A stretch of DNA of 64,000 nt from the NCBI GenBank assembly GCA_041675145.1, contig JBAYUK010000001.1, forward strand, positions 106,751 through 170,750. The letters run 5' to 3'. Each line of letters begins with the position of its first letter. Position 1 is the first letter of the stretch. The notes under the pieces were generated by a model, which was not told the DNA's origin, did not search any database, and worked only from the letters and a program-made list of their open reading frames with translations. Source of the DNA: Patescibacteria group bacterium. Its GTDB lineage: Bacteria; Patescibacteriota; JACPGU01. The position numbers and the translations under genes are program-made. Shown here in pieces: positions 48,152-59,133 of this stretch.

Positions 48152-48583
48152 TTATTTTTTAGCAGCTGCGCCCGCTTTTTTCGCACCGTAGCGAGAACGA
48201 CCTTGTTTGCGCTTATCTACACCACCAGCGTCGAGCATTCCTCGAACAATGTGGTAACGAACTCCTGGAAGGTCCTTTACACGACCACCACGGATCACTA
48301 CCACTGAGTGTTCCTGGAGGTTATGCCCAATACCCGGGATGTAGGCGGTTACTTCCATACCATTCGTTAAACGAACACGAGCGATTTTTCGAAGCGCTGA
48401 GTTCGGTTTCTTTGGTGTCATGGTAGTAACCTTGGTACATACTCCCCTCTTAAACGGAGCTCCCTTTGGGCTATCGGTAACCTTGTTTTTAATCGAATTG
48501 AAATTCTTCAGCAGGGCTGGAGATTTACTTTTCTGAGTAATTTTCTTGCGTCCCTTACGGACAAGCTGGTTAATAGTTGGCAC
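48152..48583 (-). CDS. rpsL: 30S ribosomal protein S12
   Basis: '[13 protein letters not shown]' and '[10 protein letters not shown]'. Confidence 0.97.
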   Translation of the reverse strand: MPTINQLVRKGRKKITQKSKSPALLKNFNSIKNKVTDSPKGAPFKRGVCTKVTTMTPKKPNSALRKIARVRLTNGMEVTAYIPGIGHNLQEHSVVVIRGGRVKDLPGVRYHIVRGMLDAGGVDKRKQGRSRYGAKKAGAAAKK

Positions 48584-48652
48584 GGTAAAAATTTAAAATG
48601 TAAGAATCAAGGGTTATTGTAGCACAGTTTAACAGATCAATCAAGAAGCGTC

Positions 48653-51600
48653 CTAGAGGACTTTACGAAAACCGGTTCCAGCAGGAATAAGTTTTCCAAG
48701 GATAGTGTTTTCTTTGAGCCCCCTCAAGTAGTCAACCTTGCCCTGAGTTGCAGCATCGATCAACACTGCGGTTGTCTCTTGGAATGAAGCTGCTGACAAG
48801 AATGATTCAGTATTAAGCGCTGCTTTAGTAATACCAAGGAGCAATTCCTCTGCCTCAATCGGTTTCTTTGAGTTCTTGTTGTGCGCCTCAATAACTGAAC
48901 GAGAAACAATCTCACCTTCAAGGTACTCACTGTCTCCTTGGGCAACAATTCTCATCTTACTAAACATCTGGCGGATAATAAGCTCAAGATGCTTGTCGTT
49001 AATAAACTGCGCTTGAGACTCGTAAATACTCTGAATCTCACGAGCAATATACTGCTTGACCGCAAATGTTCCTTTAATATCCATCAATTCATGCAGATCG
49101 ATATGTCCTTCAGTGATCTGGTCACCCTTTTCAATACGAGCACCATCTTCGAGCATGAGGTCCATACCTGGATCAATTGCGTAGCTCTTCTCGTCTTTGT
49201 GAGTATAGGTCACAGTTACGGTACCAGCCTTTTCGTTAACTTCAACACTACCCTTACCGTGAGAACGCATGGTCTTTTGCTTACCGAGGTCGATCAAGGC
49301 CTGACCGTCTTCTACCTTGTCCTTGTCTTTTACAAGAACTTTAGCGCCCTTTTTCACGACGAAAATCTCACGCTTGTTGTCTTCCGAGGTAATAACAACT
49401 GTCTTTTTATCATGGCTGTTTTCTATTACAGCAACCTTACCGGTAAGTTCAGAGATGAGAGCCAGACCCTTTGGAGAACGAGCTTCGAAGAGCTCTTCTA
49501 CACGAGGAAGTCCTTGGATGATGTCGCGCTTTGCAATACCACCCGAGTGGAAGGTACGCATGGTAAGCTGGGTTCCCGGCTCTCCGATAGACTGTGCAGC
49601 TACAATTCCGGCTGCCTCACCGATAGCCACCAAGTGACCACGAGCAAGGTCTCGTCCGTAACACATCTGACAAATTCCCCACGCCGCTTCACATTCAAGT
49701 ACGGTACGAACATGGACAACATCTACTTCTGGATTTTCAATAAGAGTAACAATAATTTCACGAGTGAGTTCAGTGCCGGCAGCAACCAGTACTTTTCCTT
49801 TCTTGGTTATAATGTCTTGGGCAAGCATTCGGCCATCGATATGGCGAGTAAACTCATTTTCAATATCATGTGCCGTGCTCTTCGCAAACGAAATACTCTT
49901 TGCTGTTTTACAGTCATCTTCTGCTACGATCATATCCTGACAGACATCTACCAAACGACGAGTAAGGTACCCTGAGTCAGAGGTACGAAGCGCAGTGTCG
50001 GCAAGACCCTTTCTCGCTCCGTGAGACGAGATAAAGTACTCAAGAACTGAGAGTCCTTCTTTGAAGTTAGATTTAACTGGAAGATCAAGAGTCTGACCTG
50101 TTGGACCAGCCATCAAACCACGCATGGCAACCAACTGGGTAATAAGGTCTTTGTCTCCACGCGCTTTAGAGGTAAACATCATGTGGAGTGGGTTGTTCGC
50201 GGTAAATGTCTGCATCATCTCTGACTCGATCTTAGCTTTAGTAGCAGACCATAACTGAATAGTCTTCATCGATTTCTCGGCTTCAGTAATAAGTCCGAGT
50301 TTGTACTGTGCATCAATTTCGTTATAGAGCTCCTCGGCATCATGAATACGACCCTGCTTGGTTGCTGCAATCTTGAGGTCATCGATAGAAAGAGTTACTC
50401 CAGAAAGAGTTGCCGCCTTCATACCAATATTTTTAATGTCGTCTACAAACACTGCAGTGCGCTCAATACCGAGCTCCTTAAATGAACGAGCAATAATAGC
50501 CTCGAGCTTACCCTTTACCATCGTATCGTTTACCATTCCAAATTCAGGTGGCAAGATTTGGTTAAACATTAAGCGACCAATAGTAGTCTCTATCACGTCT
50601 TCCCCGATCTTAACCTTAATTGGCTCGCGCAACTTAATTTGATTCAAGTCATAGGCTGAATGCGCTTCATTTTCATTTCCAAATGCACGAATCTTATTAC
50701 CTTCAAAATCAATATCAATCATGGTGAGGTAGTAACATCCCAATACCATGTCTTTAGATGGGGCAACAGACGGCGCACCATCTGAAGGCTTGAGCAAGTT
50801 ACGACTTGCTACCATCGTCTCACGAGCCTCAGCTTGCGCTGGTGCTGAAAGTGGTACGTGGATTGCCATCTGGTCACCATCGAAGTCAGCGTTAAACGGC
50901 GCACACACAAGAGGGTGGATACGAATCGCTTTTCCTTCAATAAGTTTTACTTTAAATGCCTGGATACCAAGACGGTGAAGAGTTGGCGCACGGTTTAGTA
51001 AGACATAGTGTTTACTAGTTACTTCTTCCAAAATATCCCATACTTCCGGAATACCCGCGTCGATCAACTTACCGGCAGACTTAGCACTATGAGTAAACCC
51101 ACGAGCGATAAGACCTGAGATAATAAATGGCTTAAAGAGTTCTAGTGCCATGGTCTTTGGAATACCACATTCATCCAGCTTCAGGTCTGGTCCTACTACA
51201 ATTACTGAACGACCAGAGTAGTCTACACGCTTACCAAGCAAGTTCTGACGGAATCGTCCCTGCTTACCTTTGAGTGCCTCAGAAAGAGACTTGAGTTTCT
51301 TTTTATTCGCTGCAGCAGCACCCTTACCGCGCTGTGAGTCAGTACCGATCAACGCGTCAACTGCTTCCTGTAACATACGCTTTTCATTGCGCTGAATGAC
51401 CTCAGGAGCACGAAGTTCCTGAAGGCGCTTCAAGCGATTGTTACGGTTAATAACACGACGGTAGAGGTCGTTAATATCGCTCGTTGCAAAACGACCACCA
51501 TCTAATTGCACCATTGGGCGTAAATCGGGTGGAATAACTGCAATATGTGTCCAAATCATCCACGCAGGATCAAGACTAGCTTTTACTAAGCCATGCACAA

Positions 51601-52498
51601 AACGAAGACGCTTCATGACTTTCTTTTTCTTTTGTCCTGCTGACTTTTCCTTCTCTTCTTCGAGTTCTTTTTTGAGTGTAGTAATATCGATCTCACGAAT
51701 AAGATCATAAATTGCTTCTGCTCCAATATTGGCCTTAAAGAAGTCACCGTACTTGCGACGCAAATCAGCGTATTTTCCTTCTGAAAGAATCGCGTATTTC
51801 GCAAGCTTCGAGATATCATCTCGAGCTTCCTCGTATACCGTTTCTACTTCATTCTTCTTTGCCTCTACACTCTTTTCATAGGCTTTGAGCTCGTCTTGAA
51901 GTTTTTTAACTAATGTTTTCTTCTCGGCTGTTTCCATCTTGTCATCAGCCATGGCCTTATCCAGCGCCTTCTTGTGGGTATCCCCTTCTTTTGCGAGCGC
52001 TTTTTTGAATTCTTCAACTTCAGCTTTCAGTTTCGCGAGAATCTGTTGCTTCTCCTTCTCCTTTACATCAGTGACCACAAAGCTGGCAAAGTACACAACC
52101 TTTTCAAGGTCACGAACAGAAATACCAAGATACATACCAATTCGGCTTGGTACGCCACGCAAATACCACACATGCGCAACTGGTGCAGCAAGCTTGATAT
52201 GACCCATGCGTTCACGACGAACAATAGAGCGAGTTACTTGCACTCCACATTTATCACAGATAATTCCCTTGTAACGAACTTTCTTGTATTTACCACAGTA
52301 ACACTCGAAGTCTCGAGTAGGTCCAAAGATTCTTTCACAAAACAAACCATCGCGCTCAGGCTTCTGAGTACGATAGTTAATAGTTTCAGGTTTTGTCACT
52401 TCACCATGAGACCACTGTAATATGTGTTCTGGGGAAGCAAGCGATACTTTGATGGCGTCGAAGTGGGTCACTCTCTCGCCGAATTGTTCTTTCATCAT
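48653..52498 (-). CDS. rpoC: DNA-directed RNA polymerase subunit beta'
   Basis: Zn finger 'CYCGKYKKVRYKGIICDKCGV' and the catalytic 'NADFDGDQM'. Confidence 0.97.
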   Translation of the reverse strand: MMKEQFGERVTHFDAIKVSLASPEHILQWSHGEVTKPETINYRTQKPERDGLFCERIFGPTRDFECYCGKYKKVRYKGIICDKCGVQVTRSIVRRERMGHIKLAAPVAHVWYLRGVPSRIGMYLGISVRDLEKVVYFASFVVTDVKEKEKQQILAKLKAEVEEFKKALAKEGDTHKKALDKAMADDKMETAEKKTLVKKLQDELKAYEKSVEAKKNEVETVYEEARDDISKLAKYAILSEGKYADLRRKYGDFFKANIGAEAIYDLIREIDITTLKKELEEEKEKSAGQKKKKVMKRLRFVHGLVKASLDPAWMIWTHIAVIPPDLRPMVQLDGGRFATSDINDLYRRVINRNNRLKRLQELRAPEVIQRNEKRMLQEAVDALIGTDSQRGKGAAAANKKKLKSLSEALKGKQGRFRQNLLGKRVDYSGRSVIVVGPDLKLDECGIPKTMALELFKPFIISGLIARGFTHSAKSAGKLIDAGIPEVWDILEEVTSKHYVLLNRAPTLHRLGIQAFKVKLIEGKAIRIHPLVCAPFNADFDGDQMAIHVPLSAPAQAEARETMVASRNLLKPSDGAPSVAPSKDMVLGCYYLTMIDIDFEGNKIRAFGNENEAHSAYDLNQIKLREPIKVKIGEDVIETTIGRLMFNQILPPEFGMVNDTMVKGKLEAIIARSFKELGIERTAVFVDDIKNIGMKAATLSGVTLSIDDLKIAATKQGRIHDAEELYNEIDAQYKLGLITEAEKSMKTIQLWSATKAKIESEMMQTFTANNPLHMMFTSKARGDKDLITQLVAMRGLMAGPTGQTLDLPVKSNFKEGLSVLEYFISSHGARKGLADTALRTSDSGYLTRRLVDVCQDMIVAEDDCKTAKSISFAKSTAHDIENEFTRHIDGRMLAQDIITKKGKVLVAAGTELTREIIVTLIENPEVDVVHVRTVLECEAAWGICQMCYGRDLARGHLVAIGEAAGIVAAQSIGEPGTQLTMRTFHSGGIAKRDIIQGLPRVEELFEARSPKGLALISELTGKVAVIENSHDKKTVVITSEDNKREIFVVKKGAKVLVKDKDKVEDGQALIDLGKQKTMRSHGKGSVEVNEKAGTVTVTYTHKDEKSYAIDPGMDLMLEDGARIEKGDQITEGHIDLHELMDIKGTFAVKQYIAREIQSIYESQAQFINDKHLELIIRQMFSKMRIVAQGDSEYLEGEIVSRSVIEAHNKNSKKPIEAEELLLGITKAALNTESFLSAASFQETTAVLIDAATQGKVDYLRGLKENTILGKLIPAGTGFRKVL

Positions 52499-52535
52499 GA
52501 TAAGAAGGTTAAAGTGGTAGATGTGGTTGAACTAT

Positions 52536-55500
52536 TTATGCAATCTCTTCTAATTCTTCTTCAATCATATCTTCTTCGGCTAGGGCGTCTGTTGCTTCCT
52601 CTTCGATATCGGCGCTTTCTTCGTGTAATTCCTCGCCTGAAATGTCCTGCATTTCAGCAACCATTTCTCCGAGATCAAGGCTGGTATCGCTCTCAATCTC
52701 AGCCATTTCCTGCTCAACTACTGCCTCAGCGTCTATGATCTCGATGCCAGACTCACCCTTGCGGATAAGTTCAACAGAAAGACCCAGACCCTCAAGCTCT
52801 TTGACCAGTACATTAAATGACTCAGGGATAGATGGTTTTCGTATTTCTTCGTTCTTAATAATTGATTCATAGGCTTTACTGCGACCCCAGACATCGTCTG
52901 ACTTAATGGTCAACATTTCTTGTAGTGTGTGAGCAGCACCATACGCTTCTAGTGCCCACACCTCCATTTCTCCAAACCGCTGTCCGCCAAACTGGGCACG
53001 ACCTCCAAGAGGCTGCTGGGTTACCAGCGAGTATGGTCCAATAGAACGAGCGTGGATCTTGTCGTCTACAAGGTGAGAAAGTTTTAACATATACTTCGTA
53101 CCAATTACCGTGCGCTGCTCAAACGGCTGACCAGTACGGCCATCAAACAACTGGACTTTTCCATCCTCTGGAAGTCCGGCCTTTTTAAGCTCAGCGGTAA
53201 TCTCCTGGTAGGTTACTCCGTCAAAGACTGGAGTTGCAACCTTGTACCCGATCGCAGTCGCTGCGTATCCAAGGTGTGTCTCAAGGAGCTGTCCTAGGTT
53301 CATACGACCCACAATACCGATTGGGTTCAAGATAATATCTACTGGCTTTCCGTCAGCGGTAAATGGCATATCTTCAATAGGGAGAATCTTTGCCACAATA
53401 CCCTTATTTCCGTGGCGACCCGCCATCTTGTCACCTACTACCACTTTTCTGAACTGCGCTACAGAGACCTCGATACGGCGGATTACTCCCGGTGGAAGTT
53501 CATCACCCTTGTCTCGATTAAATTCACGAATTTCAACAACCTTACCATACTCTCCGTGAGGAAGGCGAAGCGAGACATCTTTTACGTCACGCGCCTTTTC
53601 ACCGAAAATGGCACGAAGGAGGCGCTCTTCAGGTGTTAGTTCAGACTCACCCTTTGGAGTAATCTTTCCAACAAGAATATCTCCAGACTTGAGTTCTGCT
53701 CCAATCCGGATTACTCCGTCTTCGTCGAGGTTTTTCAACGCCTCATCTCCAACGTTTGGAATATCTCGAGTAACAATTTCTGGTCCAAGCTTCGTGTCTC
53801 GTACATCAACTGAATAGTCTTCAATATGGATTGAGCTGTAGCGGTCGTCGTGCACCATACGCTCTGATAGGATGATCGCATCTTCAAAGTTATACCCACC
53901 CCAGATCATAAACGCTACGGTGACATTTTGTCCGAGTGCTACTTCACCGTTGTCAGTTACCATTCCATCTGCAATAACATCACCTTTCTTAACCTTGTCT
54001 CCCTTTTCAACAATAGTGCGCTGAGAGATACAGGTTCGATCGTTTGAACGAACAAATTTACGAAGTCTGTATGAAGAAGTAGTCCCGTCAGTATTCGCAA
54101 TGATAATTTCATCACCAAATACTTCTTTTACTACTCCATCTTGGTTAGCTAAAATAACATGACCAGACTTTTTACCGATCATAAGCTCCATACCAGTACC
54201 CACAGTCGGGCTATCTGGTTTAACCAGTGGCACAGCTTGACGCAACATGTTTGATCCCATCAGTGCACGGCGTACATCGTCGTGTTCAATAAATGGAATA
54301 AGAGATGCGGCAATACCCACAATCTGTTTTGGAGAAACATCCATGTAGTCGATCAGCTCATGACTTACAATATCTGGGTGTGAGTGATTTCGTGACGCAA
54401 CTGACGTTTCTGCAAAGTAGCCGTCTTTATCCACGACAGCGTTTGCCTGCGCAATAACTGACGCTTCGTCTTCCTCAGCATCAAGATAGAGTACTTCACC
54501 CGTTACTCGTGGCTTTACTTTAATACGCTCTTTTTTAAGAGTAGTAATTTTCTTTGCGAGTTCTGTAGTAATCTTTTCGTCCTTTTTCGCAATTACCTTG
54601 CCTTTTTCATCAAGGATATCTTCACGCAAAATATGTCCGGTAAGATCCTCGACAGTATTTTTTGCCTTACGCTGCACCCAAATGTATGGGGTTTCAATAA
54701 AGCCGTACTCATTTACACGAGCATATGACGCGAAGTATGAGATCAAACCAATGTTTGGTCCTTCAGGTGACTCTACAGGACAAAGTCTTCCGTAATGGCT
54801 TGAGTGAACGTCACGAACTTCGAAACCTGCGCGCTCACGAGAAAGTCCTCCTTGTCCCATCGCTGACAAGCGACGCTTGTGTTCAAGCTCAGACAACAAG
54901 TTAGTCTGGTCCATGAACTGAGAAAGCTGTGAACTCGCGAAAAACTCCTGAATAGCAGAAGTAATCGGACGAACGTTAATTAACTGTGCTGGAGTAACCG
55001 TATCAATATCTACTACCGACATACGGTCTTTTACATTGCGCTCTACACGCAAAAATCCAACGCGGACTTTGCGTTGTACGAGCTCACCTACCGCACGAAC
55101 ACGGCGGTTTTTTAAGTGGTCAATATTATCAGATACTGATCCTGGAGTATTATTTAAACGAATTACTTCACGAATAATCGCAATGAGGTCTTCTTTTTGA
55201 AGAACACGGTGTGCGATATCATTTGGAGTATCAAGATCGAGGCGCTTGTTAATCTTGTAGCGACCAACACGAGAGAGATCATAGCGACGGAAGTTGAAGA
55301 ACATATTCTCAACCAATGTGCGTGCATTTTCTACCGTCACAAGGTCACCTGGACGAATCCTCTTATATACTTCTACTACTGCGCTGTCTGAAGTTGGCGC
55401 AAGATCTTTATCTAGTGTAGCTTTTAAGAATGGTCGAGCTGGGTTCGTATCTACATCCGCAAACAGCTTCATTGCTTCAGCGTTGTTTTGAACAACACCC

Positions 55501-56099
55501 AAGGCTTTTAAGAGCGTAGTGACAGGGATCTTACGCTTGCGATCTACCTTTACTGAAATGACATTCTTTGCAGAAGTTTCAATTTCAAGCCAGGCACCAC
55601 GGTCTGGAATGATTTTACATCCAAATTGATCCTCTCCTCCTGAAACTTCAGAGACAAAAAGAACACCTGGAGATCTAACGATCTGAGATACTACAACGCG
55701 CTCTACACCGTTGATAATAAAGGTACCTTGCGCTGTCATCAAAGGAATATCTCCTAAGAAAACAGTCTGCTCCTTGATTTCGCCAGTATTTTTATTCACG
55801 AGACGTAACCGGCATCGAACTGGTGCCTTGTAGGTCAAGTTCTTGATACGCACTTCTTCTTCACTGTACTTCGGGTCTTCAATAACATAGTCTAAAAATG
55901 ACAATTCGAGGTTCTTCCCGATGAAGTCCTCGATAGGGTTCAATTCTTCAAAAATTTCCTTTAGTCCCTCGCGCAAAAACCACTCATACGAGTCTAACTG
56001 CACTTCTATCAAATTCGGTAAGCTTGCCACATCAGAAGAAGTATGAAAAAATCTTCGTTCTGATTTCGCCTTTTTTGAGACCATAAAAAACTCCCCCAA
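52536..56099 (-). CDS. rpoB: DNA-directed RNA polymerase subunit beta (acidic C-terminal tail)
   Basis: 1187 aa immediately upstream of rpoC; conserved beta-subunit core motifs. Confidence 0.97.
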   Translation of the reverse strand: MGEFFMVSKKAKSERRFFHTSSDVASLPNLIEVQLDSYEWFLREGLKEIFEELNPIEDFIGKNLELSFLDYVIEDPKYSEEEVRIKNLTYKAPVRCRLRLVNKNTGEIKEQTVFLGDIPLMTAQGTFIINGVERVVVSQIVRSPGVLFVSEVSGGEDQFGCKIIPDRGAWLEIETSAKNVISVKVDRKRKIPVTTLLKALGVVQNNAEAMKLFADVDTNPARPFLKATLDKDLAPTSDSAVVEVYKRIRPGDLVTVENARTLVENMFFNFRRYDLSRVGRYKINKRLDLDTPNDIAHRVLQKEDLIAIIREVIRLNNTPGSVSDNIDHLKNRRVRAVGELVQRKVRVGFLRVERNVKDRMSVVDIDTVTPAQLINVRPITSAIQEFFASSQLSQFMDQTNLLSELEHKRRLSAMGQGGLSRERAGFEVRDVHSSHYGRLCPVESPEGPNIGLISYFASYARVNEYGFIETPYIWVQRKAKNTVEDLTGHILREDILDEKGKVIAKKDEKITTELAKKITTLKKERIKVKPRVTGEVLYLDAEEDEASVIAQANAVVDKDGYFAETSVASRNHSHPDIVSHELIDYMDVSPKQIVGIAASLIPFIEHDDVRRALMGSNMLRQAVPLVKPDSPTVGTGMELMIGKKSGHVILANQDGVVKEVFGDEIIIANTDGTTSSYRLRKFVRSNDRTCISQRTIVEKGDKVKKGDVIADGMVTDNGEVALGQNVTVAFMIWGGYNFEDAIILSERMVHDDRYSSIHIEDYSVDVRDTKLGPEIVTRDIPNVGDEALKNLDEDGVIRIGAELKSGDILVGKITPKGESELTPEERLLRAIFGEKARDVKDVSLRLPHGEYGKVVEIREFNRDKGDELPPGVIRRIEVSVAQFRKVVVGDKMAGRHGNKGIVAKILPIEDMPFTADGKPVDIILNPIGIVGRMNLGQLLETHLGYAATAIGYKVATPVFDGVTYQEITAELKKAGLPEDGKVQLFDGRTGQPFEQRTVIGTKYMLKLSHLVDDKIHARSIGPYSLVTQQPLGGRAQFGGQRFGEMEVWALEAYGAAHTLQEMLTIKSDDVWGRSKAYESIIKNEEIRKPSIPESFNVLVKELEGLGLSVELIRKGESGIEIIDAEAVVEQEMAEIESDTSLDLGEMVAEMQDISGEELHEESADIEEEATDALAEEDMIEEELEEIA

Positions 56100-56232
56100 A
56101 ATTAACGATAAAAAAAATAGGGTTCTCTCGGTACTGCCTAATTTTCGAAATCACACCAGATTGTCGCCCACATTGTGGATAAGTATAGCTCAGGTCTACC
56201 CTGTTGTCAACGCTCTTTTGGAATATTATTTG

Positions 56233-56922
56233 TTATTTTTCGGTGGATTTATCTTCATCCCCCAAACCCATCTCATCTTTTATCTTATTTTTCTGGGTTT
56301 TTGCGCCAATTCGTAAGATATCTCGATACATTTTGACCCGAGCCCATAGACCCTTCCCTACCCCCATTTTCTCCTCTTTGGTGGTATGGGTTACCCCCTC
56401 AAGAATCACTTTTTCTGTGGTGAGCCCCTTTTTCTTAAAATGCTCAGATAGGGCTAATTCTAAACCAAAGCGAGTATCTGCAAGATCGGCACCAACAACC
56501 GAGGATTTGAAAAAACACTGCTGACCAGACAAAACCGAAAACGCTCGCTGTCCAATATCTCGCCATTTCTTATCTTTCGTCACTACTCCGATACAGATAT
56601 CTGCCTTTTGCTCCATGACCGGCTCAAGCAACTGCTGAATGTGTTGCTTCGTAAGCCCTACCAGGTCAGCGTCTAGCATACAGAGCAGATCTCCCGTAGA
56701 CTTTTCAATACCAGCAGTAATGGCACCTCCCTTCCCTTGGTTTTCAGCGAGGTTAATTGCCACAATCCCTGATTCAAGTGCCATTTTTTCAGCCGTCCTA
56801 TCATCTGACCCATCGTTAATCACGATAACCTCATCAAAAAAGCCCGTAGATCGTACGGTCTGAATCATATTTCTAATGTTTTTTTCTTCGTTAAACGCCG
56901 GTATAAGGCAGGTTATTCTCAT
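56233..56922 (-). CDS. Family 2 glycosyltransferase (dolichyl-/polyprenyl-phosphate sugar transferase-like)
   Basis: 'CLIPAFNEEKNI' and 'NDGSDD', plus a 'DAD' DxD motif. Confidence 0.8.
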   Translation of the reverse strand: MRITCLIPAFNEEKNIRNMIQTVRSTGFFDEVIVINDGSDDRTAEKMALESGIVAINLAENQGKGGAITAGIEKSTGDLLCMLDADLVGLTKQHIQQLLEPVMEQKADICIGVVTKDKKWRDIGQRAFSVLSGQQCFFKSSVVGADLADTRFGLELALSEHFKKKGLTTEKVILEGVTHTTKEEKMGVGKGLWARVKMYRDILRIGAKTQKNKIKDEMGLGDEDKSTEK

Positions 56923-57374
56923 GAAGATAGTACTATGTTTTTCCAGTTTTCTTTAAGCCATCTTTTTTGGAACTTCATTGTATCATGAAGACCACGCTCA
57001 TAACACTCCTTCTCTATAATACCCCCGGCATGAGGGTGAGAAAACATTCTTTTTCGTTTTGAGTTAAAACCGTGGTAGTAGTGGCAAAACTCATGTGCAA
57101 TAACCGCATCAATTACCTGTTCTGGGTGAGCAAGATCGCGCAGTCTTCCGTTAATCGTAATGACACTGACTGCGTCTGTATGGGTTAAAAAGTATGCCTG
57201 GCGACGAGTAAGGGGCTTACTAACCCGATCTTTGTGGCGCAAGGTAATAGAACCGAGTCGGCTCTTGCTCTTGCGACCAAAACGGATCACAATCTCATTG
57301 CCATCAGTAACATCGGCAAAATGTGTTTGCCATAGATACACAAATCGTTGATGTAACCAGAGATCGTCTCGCAT
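56919..57374 (-). CDS. Predicted zinc metallohydrolase (HExxH; SprT/DUF45-like)
   Basis: 'AHEFCHYYHG' motif. 151 aa; 4-nt overlap with the GT2 gene. Confidence 0.5.
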   Translation of the reverse strand: MRDDLWLHQRFVYLWQTHFADVTDGNEIVIRFGRKSKSRLGSITLRHKDRVSKPLTRRQAYFLTHTDAVSVITINGRLRDLAHPEQVIDAVIAHEFCHYYHGFNSKRKRMFSHPHAGGIIEKECYERGLHDTMKFQKRWLKENWKNIVLSS

Positions 57375-57413
57375 GGCATTATTCTACCATGTATTTCGTA
57401 TGAAAAAACTACC

Positions 57414-58688
57414 TTAGTACTCCACTACTTTCTCACCAATCCATATCTTATCCCCCGCTTTAAGACCCAGTTTCTTCATCTGCTTAACAGCGCCGTGTCT
57501 GGCAATAATATCGAAGAAGCGTTCCCTGGCCTGCCATGATGAAAAGTTCAAGCGGTGTGCCAGTTCCTCAATTTTCTTACCTTGGATGCGGAATCCTGAC
57601 GCCAACTTCTTTACTTCAAACATATCTGGCATGATGTCCTCAAAGGTAAAAACTTTATGTTGGTCACTATCCATCTGTGGCACAGGAAGTTTCGAAGCAA
57701 GGGTAAAGATATCGTTAAAGAGTGGCTTTACGCCATCACCAGTTACCGCTGAGATCTGGTAGATCTTTTGGCGACCCACAAGTTTTTTGAGTGCCTTCAA
57801 CTGTACGTCTGCGTCTGCAACCTGGGCATCAATCTTATTTACTACAATGAGCTCCTTTTTCTCTGCCAGTTTCGGGTCAAATTTAATGAGTTCTGAGCGA
57901 ATTGTCTTGTACTGAGCAACCCAGTCATCGCCCGTGGCGTCAATCATATGGAGAATGAGCCTACAGCGAGCAACATGGCGCAAGAACTCGTGTCCCAGTC
58001 CCTTGCCTTCTGCAGCTCCCTCGATCAACCCTGGGATATCTGCGACCACTAAATGGTCGTCTCCTCGAGTAGTCACTCCAAGGTTTGGAATGAGCGTGGT
58101 AAATGGGTAGTTAGCAATCTTTGGTCGGGCGTTAGAAACACGCGAGATGAGCGTAGACTTACCGGCGTTTGGGAACCCAACCAAACCTACATCTGCCAAG
58201 AGACGCAATTCCAGCTTCACTGTATGATGATCTCCCTGTGACCCAGCCTCAGCAAAGTCTGGCGACTGGCGGTTGGCTGCCTTGAAGTGGAAGTTACCAA
58301 AACCACCACGACCACCCGATGCAATTAAGAGTTGCTGACCATCTTCCACGAGGTCTCCCATTACTTCGTTCACGGTTTCTTTTCCGTGCTGTTTAATAAA
58401 AAAGATTACCGTTCCAACCGGAACAAGGAGTACGAGATCGTCTCCTTTTTTTCCGTGACAGTTCTTCGTGCCACCCTTCTCACCGTCTGCAGCGTTAAAC
58501 TTCTTGCGACTAATATAGTTTGAGAGGGTATTGAGCCGATTCGTAGCTTGCACAATAACAGAGCCACCATAGCCTCCATCTCCACCGTCAGGACCGCCTT
58601 TAGGCACTCCTTTGGCACGATAAAAAGAGACCATACCATTGCCTCCTGCTCCTGCCTTGACTTCAATTGTGGCTTGATCGTAAAACAT
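57414..58688 (-). CDS. obg: GTPase Obg/CgtA
   Basis: Gly-rich Obg fold 'GGDGGYGGSV', G-domain 'GFPNAGKST' and a C-terminal OCT/TGS-like domain. Confidence 0.95.
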   Translation of the reverse strand: MFYDQATIEVKAGAGGNGMVSFYRAKGVPKGGPDGGDGGYGGSVIVQATNRLNTLSNYISRKKFNAADGEKGGTKNCHGKKGDDLVLLVPVGTVIFFIKQHGKETVNEVMGDLVEDGQQLLIASGGRGGFGNFHFKAANRQSPDFAEAGSQGDHHTVKLELRLLADVGLVGFPNAGKSTLISRVSNARPKIANYPFTTLIPNLGVTTRGDDHLVVADIPGLIEGAAEGKGLGHEFLRHVARCRLILHMIDATGDDWVAQYKTIRSELIKFDPKLAEKKELIVVNKIDAQVADADVQLKALKKLVGRQKIYQISAVTGDGVKPLFNDIFTLASKLPVPQMDSDQHKVFTFEDIMPDMFEVKKLASGFRIQGKKIEELAHRLNFSSWQARERFFDIIARHGAVKQMKKLGLKAGDKIWIGEKVVEY

Positions 58689-58756
58689 AGAATACTATTA
58701 TGCGCTTAAATAAGAGAAAATACTACCCTCGCTTTTCGATATTCTGCAATATACAA

Positions 58757-59011
58757 CTATATATTAACTAGATCTGAACGAGAGGCTTTCCTTGCTTTTT
58801 CAGCCCTATCTCTCATTTCAGGAGCCACCTCACTCTCATCTAGCTCGCGCAAAACTGGACAGTGATACTCCTCATACTCTGCAATATCCATAATAACTGC
58901 AATTGGGCGGTTATTCACAAAAATATACTTCGGCTCTTTTTTTAGATCCTTTAAACACTCCTTTGTCTTAGTGCGCAGATCAGTAACTGAGATACACTGG
59001 TTCTGTAACAT
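58757..59011 (-). CDS. Phd/YefM-family antitoxin-like protein (no adjacent toxin)
   Basis: 'ISVTDLRTKTKECLKDL...PIAVIMDIAEYEEY' is a YefM-like N-terminal pattern. Confidence 0.6.
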   Translation of the reverse strand: MLQNQCISVTDLRTKTKECLKDLKKEPKYIFVNNRPIAVIMDIAEYEEYHCPVLRELDESEVAPEMRDRAEKARKASRSDLVNI

Positions 59012-59087
59012 AGAGATATAGTGATAAATATATTACTTTAACTATACACATATATATACATATATTCAATACTATACTTATACATAA

Positions 59088-59133
59088 AAAGAGGCGCTAA
59101 AAACTTGAAGTCTTTAGCGCCTGAAATTTTTTA
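59088..59133. terminator. Bidirectional terminator AGGCGCTAAA-loop-TTTAGCGCCT with T6
   Basis: 10-bp stem abutting the stop of the M23 peptidase gene. Confidence 0.75.
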
